Assembly: GCA_977020255.1 (NCBI GenBank)
Contig: CDROCS010005764.1
Location: 62,001 to 126,000, forward strand
Source: Obrimoposthia wandeli
Lineage: Eukaryota
Reading direction: 5' to 3'
DNA length: 64,000 bases
Shown: positions 8,625-18,847 of the stretch, one piece after another
Layout of the letters: each line of letters starts with the position of its first letter
How positions within the stretch are numbered: position 1 is the stretch's first letter
Notes under the pieces: model-generated
Told to the model about the DNA's origin: nothing
Seen by the model: only the letters and a program-made list of their open reading frames with translations
Databases searched by the model: none
Program-made: the position numbers and the translations under genes

Positions 8625-9841
8625 CTAGTATAAAATCTGAATTGTGTATTTTCGATAGACCACTATCTCAAGTAGTGATTGAAAATTCAAGTTTTGAAGA
8701 AATATTTCCAATCAATTCAATTACTGGTGGAAATTTAAATGACATAGAATTTAATATTCATGCATCTGAAGAAGATTATCTGGATTTGAATGATACTTTG
8801 TTAAATATTAAATTAAAAGTTGTAAATGAAGATGGTACTGATTTAATGAAAGATAACGATGTAACCCCAAATAATTACATGTTTCAAACTTTGTTTAGAG
8901 ATGTTATTCTAACACTTAATAATGTAAAGGTTGAAGGAGGAAATGGAACGTATGCTCATAAGGCTATATTCGATACTCTTTTGAATTTTAGTAGTGATAC
9001 CAAGTATACTAACCTTGAATGTTCCGGGTATGATGATGATGCAAAAAATCGTAAACAATGGATTAGTGAATCTAAAATATTTTCATTGTGTAATTCAATT
9101 AGATTAGATTTCTTTGATCAACCAAAATATTTGATTCCAGGGATTAATGTTCATTTGAGATTTATGAGAAATCAGCATAATCTTTCGCTCTATTCAGAAA
9201 CTTCAAAACCAATTATTCAAATTCTAGATGCTAGATTGTATGTTAGAAGAGTAAAAGTTGATTCTTCAGTAATGATTGGACATCAGTTAGGTTTGCAAAG
9301 TCAGAATGCAGTTTACCCAATTAGAAAAACTCAGTTAGTAACATATTCAATTCCTCAGGGTTCTTTGGAACTTAATAAAGATCAAATATTCGGAGACTAT
9401 CGTTTACCCAAGTTCATTTTGATTGCTTTCAAAGATACACCTCAGGGTGGTAAGGAATACAAAGTTAAATCTTCTACGTTCAATACATTTAATGTTTCAA
9501 CAATATCATTAGCTAGAAATACAGATTATCGAGAAACTTATAATCTAGATAATAACAATTTTTCATTAGCATATATGCAATCAATTATTCGAAATATGAA
9601 TATTTTAGATAAAAACGTGAATAATGGTATCAGATTTTCTGATTTTAAATCAGGAAGTTCGATTTTCACTTTTCTATTAGCACCAGATTTTGATATAAAC
9701 ACTACTCAAGTGCCTAAAACTGGTAATTTAAGACTTGAAATTAGATTTAATTCTCCTTTGGTTGTTCCAACAAGTGTTTTGATTTACGGAATATTTGATT
9801 CCGAAATTCAGATTACGAAAAATAAAACTGTGATTGTATGA
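8621..9841 (+). CDS. Major capsid protein (double jelly-roll, hexon-like)
   Basis: Intact 406-aa ORF. KSEL.IF...QVVIE...EEIFPI...IEFNI...DYLDLNDTLL at the N-terminus and FLLAPD...GNLRLEIRF at the C-terminus match Polinton MCPs. Confidence 0.92.
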   Translation: MTSIKSELCIFDRPLSQVVIENSSFEEIFPINSITGGNLNDIEFNIHASEEDYLDLNDTLLNIKLKVVNEDGTDLMKDNDVTPNNYMFQTLFRDVILTLNNVKVEGGNGTYAHKAIFDTLLNFSSDTKYTNLECSGYDDDAKNRKQWISESKIFSLCNSIRLDFFDQPKYLIPGINVHLRFMRNQHNLSLYSETSKPIIQILDARLYVRRVKVDSSVMIGHQLGLQSQNAVYPIRKTQLVTYSIPQGSLELNKDQIFGDYRLPKFILIAFKDTPQGGKEYKVKSSTFNTFNVSTISLARNTDYRETYNLDNNNFSLAYMQSIIRNMNILDKNVNNGIRFSDFKSGSSIFTFLLAPDFDINTTQVPKTGNLRLEIRFNSPLVVPTSVLIYGIFDSEIQITKNKTVIV

Positions 9842-10214
9842 AGTAAGCTTATTGTATATTATATTCTTTATTTAAATTAGTACTTTAGAAATTTATAAAT
9901 CCGGAAAAATATTATTGAATAAAAAATTTAATGGAGTTTATTCATTGGATAAAATTCCATCATTAAAACCCGGAGGCTACATTATCAATACTCATACTTC
10001 AAATCTAACAGGCGAACATTGGATAGCAATATTTGTTGACAGATTCGAGATTCGAGTGTTTGATCCTTTTGGATTCTATTATCCTTCAAAGTTGGTGTCT
10101 ACACTTGAAAAAGAAAACATTCCAGTCTACTATAATAGAGTTAAATGTCAGAATCCATTAACTAAAAACTGCGGACCTCTGAGTCTTTTATGGTTGAAAC
10201 TTCAACACAAATAA
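9838..10214 (+). CDS. Adenain-like (C5 family) cysteine protease; exons 9838-9842 and 9881-10214
   Basis: Catalytic GEHW, FDPFG, Q and NCG motifs. Removing GTAAGC...TTAG (9843-9880) gives in-frame MNTLEIYKSGKILLNKKFNGVYSLD. Confidence 0.9.
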
Positions 10215-10266
10215 TTTTAAGTATAAACAAATATATCATTATAGTATTTCATTTTATTTTTTTCAA

Positions 10267-10719
10267 ATGGCTTTTATTGATTTAGAATGTTTTATTGATA
10301 ATAATGGAGAATATATTCCAAAGGAATTATGTATAATGTATGTGAATGATATGACTTGTCCATTTCATTACGTGTTTAAAAATCAAATACCATGGAGTAG
10401 TTTATCATTTAAAGTTAAAAGAAAAAATCTATATTTGATAAATCATCATCATCAGTTATCCTGGTTTGAAGGTGAAAGCTCTGATATTCATATTGATGAT
10501 GTTGAAACAATATTCTATGTTATGGATTCTATTGATGGAAAGACAATTAATTTAGTGAAACGAATGTTTCCAAATTTGAGAATTGTGAATTATAATAAAA
10601 GTTTCAAAAATTTAAAGAAAATGCCAAAAAATATTCGATGTCCGTTTAGAAAACACGGAAAACATTGTGCTTATTTGAAATGTTTTTCTCTATGTATTGA
10701 TTATGTAAATTGTATATAA
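10267..10719 (+). CDS. DEDD-superfamily exonuclease-like protein with a Cys/His-rich C-terminus
   Basis: N-terminal FIDLECF (ExoI D-x-E), then KEL..., HHHQLSW and a C-terminal CPFRKHGKHCA. This pattern resembles accessory ORFs of arthropod Polintons. Confidence 0.6.
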   Translation: MAFIDLECFIDNNGEYIPKELCIMYVNDMTCPFHYVFKNQIPWSSLSFKVKRKNLYLINHHHQLSWFEGESSDIHIDDVETIFYVMDSIDGKTINLVKRMFPNLRIVNYNKSFKNLKKMPKNIRCPFRKHGKHCAYLKCFSLCIDYVNCI

Positions 10720-10820
10720 ATATATTTATTAAGGATATTTTATTTTAATATATAATTTATGTTATTTAAATAAATTTTACCATATTTCTTTAGATGCATA
10801 AGCCTGGAAAAAACTTTGAT

Positions 10821-11099
10821 CTAAATTTTCACATAGAATAGTGTGTGTATGATTACGTAATACATTCCTTAACTGATAAGAGTGAACTTTAGCTTAAATT
10901 TTCACATAGAATAGTGTGTGTGTTAAAAACCACATTCCTTAACTGATAAGAGTGAACTTTAGACTAAATTTTCACATAGAATAGTGTGTGTATGATTACG
11001 TAATACATTCCTTAACTGATAAGAGTGAACTTTAGACTAAATTTTCACATAGAATAGTGTGTGTATGATTACGTAATACATTCCTTAACTGATAAGAGT
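10821..11099. repeat. Four tandem ~73-bp repeats in the Polinton subterminal region
   Basis: Unit TAAATTTTCACATAGAATAGTGTGTG...CATTCCTTAACTGATAAGAGTG starts at 10822, 10895, 10965 and 11038. Confidence 0.95.
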
Positions 11100-11259
11100 A
11101 GAATAATTGATTGAATACTATATAATTTCTTAATTTATGCCAAATCTGACCCTTAACTTGTGAACGACCATAAAATTTTTACATGAATAAACTCGTAATA
11201 TGTTGACGAATACAACCATGTACTTGAAACTATGAAATTCCAACTTTTTTAACCCTTCA

Positions 11260-12140
11260 TCTATGGACGACCATACCTATATGGATGAATTCGTCTTCTA
11301 AAGATGAATACAACCATGTATTAAAACTTTGACATTTAAAACTTGATTTGGTCTATATCCCGACCCCTTCATATATGACCGACCATACTTTATGGGTGAC
11401 TTCGTCTTCTAAAGATGATTACAACCATGTACTAAAACCTTGATATTTTAATTTTTTTTTTTAGTCCGACCCTTTGACCTATGGACGACCACAACCCTTT
11501 AGATGTGACGGTCAACCATAGTTGACCTTAATTATACCTTCAAAGTTTCAAGTCAAAACTGACCTTGACCCTTTGATTTATGGACGACCACAACCCTTTA
11601 GATGTGATGGCCAACTATAGTTGACCTTAATTATACCTTCAAAGTTTCAAGTCAAAACTGACCTTGACCCTTTGACCTATGGACGACCACAACCCTTTTG
11701 ATGTGATGGCCAACCATAGACGGTCATGACCATACCTTCAAAGTTTCAAGTCAAAACTGACCTTGACCCTTTGACCTATGGACGACCATAGTGATATATC
11801 AAAGAAGGGTGGAGACTAGATCAATTGACCCTTCCCCCCTCCCTCCTTAAAACCTTCAAGTCAAAACTGACCTTGACCCTTTCATCTATGGACGACCACA
11901 ACCCCTTGGGTATGTTGGCCGACCATAGACGGTCACGACCATACCTTCAAACCTTCATAACCTTTCTGAGCCAGACCCTTATGGTGTGGCAAGACACCCT
12001 TATGGTATGACACCTTATGGTGTGACATTTCTATGGTGAGGCAACATATACCCTTATGGTGTGGCAAGATACCCTTATGGTATGACACCCTTTAACTTGG
12101 TGTGCGCACACCACCCTTTAACTTGGTGTGCGCACACAGG
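11260..12140. repeat. Polinton terminal-region repeat array (99-bp units plus shorter CCCTTATGGT and CCCTTTAACTTGGTGTGCGCACAC repeats)
   Basis: GTCAAAACTGACCTTGACCCTTT recurs, with TGACCTTGA at 11560, 11659, 11758 and 11868. ATGGACGACCA recurs throughout. Confidence 0.9.
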
Positions 12141-12179
12141 GGGGGGTCAAGTGGTCTAGACTCCATCCTTCTACCTACT

Positions 12180-12906
12180 TATATCTTATATATTGCTAAA
12201 ACACGACAACATGTCAACGTATATACGTATACTTGGAAATAGCTGATTGCTTTTTGACCCTTCATCGACTGTGCGGAAGAATGCTGACTTGATAATAATA
12301 TAATCATCTAAAATTATTAAAAAAAATAAATAAAATAGACGAATTTCGCGACGATTTGCTAAAATTATACCAACAACTGCAATGTTCAATTTAAGGAGTT
12401 TTCAAGCAAAATAGAGAAGAAAAGAAATTATTAATGGTTAATTCGAACCTTTTAAATCCTTTAATGATTTATATTATAATTAATAATTCAAACAATGCTT
12501 CTTTATCAGATATATCTTCAACAATTTCTTTCAGATCATTGTCATTCTCAAATACATTTCAAAGTAATTCTTCTTGTTTTCTTGTTTTCATTTTCATTTT
12601 ATTTTAAAATAAAAATTAATAAAAAAAAATATTTTTTTTCGTATAAAAATATTTTTATACTAAATATACTATATAAAGATATATAAATTGTAATATGTCC
12701 ATTGAACCGAATTTTCCATTCAAGGGTTAATAGTTGACGATATTGGGTAGTTATCTTTGAACCCATTTTTTTTGGGTGAAGGGACCTCCCTTGTTTGTTG
12801 CTTTTTCAATTTTTTTTCAAAATTTCACTCCACACACATGCACGGTTTTAAAGGTAGTCCCCAGGGGAGGGGGAGGGGTGGATTAGACCGGACACACCCA
12901 CCTACT
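12180..12906. mobile_element. Terminal fragment of a second Polinton family
   Basis: Ends GTGGATTAGACCGGACACACCCACCTACT, sharing the pattern AGTAGGT-N11-GTCTA-N2-CCAC with the first terminus at 12151-12179. It has a GC-rich subterminal block and degraded minus-strand coding fragments. Confidence 0.7.
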
Positions 12907-15900
12907 GATGATATATGAATTATGCAAACAAATTCAACTTTTGAAACGTTGTTGCTAAAATTAGATGTGAATTAAATTAAACAAATACTTTTATGTGTGT
13001 ATTTATCTATTGATGCTAATGTACACTTCGAAACATATGAATAAAATTAGAGTTCAAACTTTAACTAAACTAACTTTCCCATTGCAAGTGAAATTTTCTA
13101 AAGAAACATTTATGATTTTAAGGTTTAACTTTTTAACTTTTCATTTGTTGATGTAAAATGATATGAATAAAATGAAGCCTTCACTTTAAAAGTGAAGGTC
13201 AAATTCGCTATAATTTTTTCTTAAATTAGAAATTATGGCTGAGTTTAAGGATATTCCAAATCACAAAAATTATTAGAAAATAAAGTAAATTTCAAAAAAA
13301 TTAAAAATATATCAATAATTTTATCAAGTTTTTGTTTTTTAGGTTACTTTTAACTTTTCCTTTTATCCAATGACCCAATTAGTCAGTGAAAAACTTTGAA
13401 TAGACAATAATATTGGTGGAAAACACAACAAAAACATTACGCATGGCCATGGAAAATTTTAAAACCTCTAAAAGTACTTGAAAAATCGGTTCAGTTTCAC
13501 TTTCTTACCCGTGAGTTTACTGTGATTATTATATTGATTTTGTAACTATTATTGACATTTGAAAAGGTTTAATCTCACAATATAATGGTATAAGGACATT
13601 TTTTCTAAATCTATTCCAATTTACTGTTATAAAAGTCAATAGAAAAGTAAATGATTTAAAAATTATTCCTAAATAAAATGTAATGTAGTGAATTCAATTA
13701 TTTAAACTACTTTTGAAAATATGCCCTCTATTTTTTGTTAGCCTGTTCTAATTGGATCCCTGTTGCTTCTGGTCTGATCAGTTTATGTACCCAAAAGGAA
13801 AAATTTCTTCATATTTCATATTTCAAATAAAAAATCACCACCACTAATATATTTTATAACTCGTAATTTTAATAAAATATTTTAATTTATAAATAAAAGA
13901 AAAGATTTTGAAGCTTTTTGTTGATTTTTAAACTTTAAATATGTTGGTATAGTTTAACCTCTATTCAAAGGGTTTATTTGCTTAAAGCTGCTATCGTTAT
14001 TGACTGTATTAGTTGAGCAACTTGATGGATAATTGTAAACTAGTGAATATTTGAATCAATGGGCAAAGGTCTGGATGTTTTAAATTTTAAAAGATTTATT
14101 CTAAAAATTGGTTATACTTTGTCAATGTTTTGGTGAACTGATGTATAAGAAATTTGTCCAATTTCCAGTATTGTAATTACAAATATAAAATGACTTTTTT
14201 TAATTATCTTCTATTTCCTAAACACAATATTTGTTATTTACTTATCAATTAAAGTACAAATATATGTTTAATAGTTAAGAACACAACATAATCACACATT
14301 GGAAATTTTAAGGGTATCGTATAAAACGAGCCAGATCATTAATGATGGCTTTCAAAGAAAATATGTATTTCTCACGGTAGTCTTGAGTCCTGTTTTCTTG
14401 CCTAATTCTCTCGGTCTTCATCCCTGAATTATTTTTGAAAGTTAATTATTTTGAAAGCAAGCAGAGTACAAATATGAAAACCTTTTTCTAATAATGTCGG
14501 CATTAGTACAGCTTTACTCACATAAACAAGAAAAATGCCTATTGCAGCTGATATTTTTTTGATTTATAAAATAAAATTTTAAAACATAATTACTAAATAA
14601 AAAATATAGAGAAATATAAATTTAATTTCTATAATTGTAACAATAATTTATACTTACAAATACTCAGTAGTCGAAAGTATCAAAGAAAATAATAGGTCAG
14701 TAAATTAACCGAAATTAGCGGAAATTAACAGCTGTTTTAATGATCAATATAAACAAAGTACGGGTGAATATTTAGAATTTTTGCCTATTATAATTATTAT
14801 AAGATAATAAACAATCTTTGAAAAAAAAATCAAATATTTTTAAAGCTTTGCAAATTGTTATTTGAGATGCACCAATTGTATGGGTTATGTTTTTGTGTGA
14901 TATTTCCGTCTCACCAGTTTCCATAGTATCAAACTTGAGATTATTCATTGAGTTAGGTCCACGCTGCTATTTTTCTTTTCTAACACATGTGACTTAACAT
15001 GTTCCATTACCTCAAAGTGCTTCCCAAATGCAACGTTTCCTTGATCTAGGTTCTTTCTACAGAAATGTGAGAGTTTCTTCATTGAGTGTCAGCATTTTTG
15101 TTTGTTAAGAAACCCATTTTACCTTATCAGGTATCATCTAAAAAGCTATTTCCAATAACGTGTTATGTCGTAACATTTAATCAAAGTAATACATATAGTC
15201 GGTGATTTTCGCAACTATTTTCTTCCCAAAATAAAGCTGACAAAAAGCCGAAAGTGAGAAATTTTAGGGAGCGGCGAAACAAGCAGCACTCAAGCTGAGT
15301 CTGGTAATAATGGAAACTGTGTATGACCGGAGAAGAGCAGGAACAACTCAAATTGGAGCTACTCTCATCGACCCATTTATGGCTTCAATTCTCCTTGTTG
15401 GGGTTAGGGAAACGGGTTCATTGGGCATTGTTTCTGAACTCAATGTTGTTCTGACCGGAAATTTAAGTTGGTTGCTGCTGAACGTGAGGCTAGTTGAAAC
15501 ACAATTAAAATACGCAGAAGAATGCGCTTAAGTCTGCAAGTTTGAATAATGAACTTAATGGTTACAAATTTGAAATGCTAGTAGATGCTGATAGTTCAGT
15601 GTGTAATTCTTTACTTGACTATGTTACAAATTAACGTTTGAAAACACTTGAACTATCCTTTTCCACATCTTAAGACGGCATTATAAAAGGAAGTTCTAGA
15701 AATCCCCTTGGCTTAAAAAATTTAACTCCTTTACGGGAATCGTTGCTTATTAATTTTAGTTATTTAATAAATAAAGTTAAATTTTCATTAACTCTTAAAC
15801 CCTTTGATGGCACCGCATTGGAATTTTATATATTCTAGATTATAGTTGCAAAAACAAACATGGCCGCATCACTTTAAAACTTTATTTATTTCAGCTGATT

Positions 15901-17431
15901 TTGATATTTTGAAAACAATCACGGACACTATTTCCTTTTTACATTTTTATCATTCTATTCTTGGAACAATGGGCAAGAGTAAGTCCAATTTTCCGAAATA
16001 TTTGGTCTCCATTTGAAACCACCAACAAGCACATTACTCCTCAGTATTCTTTTTATCATTTATTTAATGTTAGTTAAGGAAGATAATGAACAATAACATA
16101 GACATTATAGTGCATTACAATTTAACAAAATATGGAAATGATTTGATAACCAATTTGCTTTTTTCAAGAATTTGTTGGATCTAAGTGGTATATCGACATA
16201 TAATAAACTATACCATACTTGTTAAAGAAAGGATCGACAAAATGTTTTTATTCAGAAACTTTCCTCAGAAGTAGTTCGAGTAAACATCCATTGAAGAGCT
16301 ATACCGAATTTTAATAAGAAGGTGAGCCGGAGTATTCCAATGTTTCAAGAAATCCCAGACTTCATCAGAAGCAACTGATTCAACAGAGCCACCTCGAAGA
16401 AATTGAAACATTCACAAACATTTCATGTATGTAGTATATGCAAGAAAAATACTTGCCAAGAATAAGTACAATTAATGTCATAGTTGTGTACCGAAATGGA
16501 TATATTTGTCGTATTTGTTTAACAAATGTCTTAATCTCTTTTCTTGTATATCCAATGGAAGTATTCTAGATCGCAATAGATTGCTGCACTGAGACGGTAG
16601 TAAAGTGTATGTAACAAATTTATTAAAAGGGTTAATCCTGCCAACATATGTCTCTAAGGCACAATTTTAAATGGACAACTAATACTTATTTAATTTATAT
16701 TGTTTGTCTAATCGAATTATTTGTCGAACAGATAGTTTCTTTCGGAATATGAGTATGACAGATGAGTATAAAATGAACATTTGGTGAATATGCAGCAGCA
16801 CAATATATCCATTATGTGATATACCATATCGTGGAAAAGAAAGTCGTAGAAATATTAGTCTTGGTCCGAGTATTAAATTGAGGTTATATGAACATTGTCA
16901 TGGTTATAACAGAAACAACATTTGTTAATTTATTACCGCCTTCGATTTATATCAGACATTTGTAGGAACTCTACTCAAACCTATGTAACAAAGAAGAACA
17001 ATGTTGTCTTTTTCTTATCGTCAATACATCATGATATAAATCTTAACCGGTTATAAATTTATTCTATAACTAAACTCCAATGGACTATGGAAATGTTGCA
17101 TAATGGATTGATGTTGTTGGTATTGCATCTTAGATAGTATGACTCAATTTGTGCTCTGATCGGAACAAAACAAAGTCCATTTATAGAAGAAAATTATTTT
17201 CAAAAGAAAGATGTGAATATCTTGTTACTTCTCTTATATGAAAGCACAGTAATACATAGTATGTACGGTTACCTATTCAATTAAGTATGGACAAAATTTT
17301 ATTTTAATGATAATAGAAATTGATCAAACCAAGCTTTATGGAATTTTAAACATTGGAAATAACATAGAATATATGGTTAATACATTTTTGGATTACAGAT
17401 CTTACTTTTTTTGATTTTGTGTCAGATTAAT

Positions 17432-18847
17432 TGTTGGGGTTTCTATATGAAACTCTTAAATAGATCCTCGGATGGAGGCCCCAACGTGAGTTCTATAGAA
17501 GTAGGGATTGCAGTTGTTTGTGGCCTACTTGGATTGTGTTTACCTGTCTCACTTGTCGAATCTGAAGGTTGTTTTTGTTTGTTGTTGTGGAGATGTGTGA
17601 AGAGCTGTGTAACTGGCACTGGAAAGTTTCCCTTAGTGTGGTGTAATGCATGGGGTTAGTACTGTTGACCTGATGTCAAGGGTTTGTTCGAGGCAACACT
17701 ATCTAATGTAGGAAATCTTTATTTTCTAAACTCACACTAACTAGGTTCCTAAAAATGACAACAATTAGTCCTAACTACGTCACTAAAATTCACGCAGTGG
17801 GGATATCCTACGTATCGATTTTATAAATTCTTTATTTGAAACGTTTACTTCTTCTTTTGATTTTATCATAAAAATATGGACGATTTTAATTTAAAACTTT
17901 AATTTCTTTTTACGATTTTATCGTACAAATTGTGGGCGGTTTTAAAGTCAACTTCTTTTAACTTTATTTTAACACTAAAAACGCTATGGTTCGAAATACA
18001 ATTCCTTTACTTTATCGCTGAAATTATTTTATGCAAAATACAAGTGCTTTACTTCAGCACTGAAAATTCTCTTAGCGTCACTCACCTTTCTCCTCGATTT
18101 GGCTGTATCCTTTCGTCCGTTTGTGCTCCTTCAACGTCTCCTCTCTGTACTCAGTTCAGTTGTGGATACAATGGCTTCTCGTCTGCTGGCTCTTCTTCCA
18201 CGTCTACAATCGGAGTAATGGTCTATATTAAAACTCGATTACTTTTTTCAATTGGGCTTTCTGAGCAATTGGCACGTTTCGCTTTATGAGTAAATTTGCA
18301 ATCTGATTTCAATTTCGATTTATCTACTTCTGGATAGCCGTTTTATGTGATATATTATTTCCAAATCTCCTTTTTCGAATTTGATATATATTTTTTCTTG
18401 GCAACGCTGTCTTCCTCTTTTATACTCCTGAATCTGGGAAACAATAATAATTTTACACTTAATTTAAGTGTTCTTACCTATCTGTGTCTGGAGATCAGCT
18501 GGATAGTTTGCAGCGTCTTCTTTGCTTCGGATACATGGCTTCCTTGTCTGGCGCAAATGTGTCGAGATTTATATTTGACCTGGCGTAAGTGTACCGCTAA
18601 TGGATCTGATTATTGGATTTCCCGTGGTAAGTTTCTTTAATTCGATTTTGCATTCTGTATTTCTTTTTGCACTTTTGGGCCCTAAATTCTCCTTACATAC
18701 AGCACATTGAACATTGGACCTCCTCAAGGTCCTAAAATACTTTTTCATTTTATTATTTTAATTTTAAATTTTATTTCATTTTTAACCTTGCTTTCAAGGA
18801 TTTATTTTACTATTATTCTTATAATTATTAGAATCCTAATCCTAACA
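17432..18847. mobile_element. Solo LTR (Gypsy-like), copy A
   Basis: TGTTGGG...CCTAACA termini, 4-bp TSD TAAT (17428-17431 and 18848-18851), and homology to the other three copies. Confidence 0.85.

Larger units (their letters stand above)
1..12179. mobile_element. Polinton/Maverick (adintovirus-like) element, right-hand part; left end lies outside the window
   Basis: Full hallmark gene set (pPolB, A32-like ATPase, RVE integrase, penton, MCP, adenain), then subterminal tandem repeats and a terminus ...CTACCTACT-3' (reverse complement AGTAGGTAG..., the Polinton-type AGTAG start). Confidence 0.96.

Noticed and set aside
10821-12140. CRISPR-like appearance of the repeat arrays
   Set aside because: The units are contiguous tandem repeats without unique spacers, in a eukaryotic context with no cas genes.
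16118-16150. QFNKIWK*FDN, resembling calbindin exon 1
   Set aside because: In-frame stop, no D-G|GT donor and no start codon; likely chance.
14880-16620. GC-richer, coding-looking patches (e.g. minus-strand MFQFLRGGSVESVASDEVWDFLKHW) and ORF 15310-15531
   Set aside because: Interrupted by stops, and no family could be recognised; probably old TE debris.
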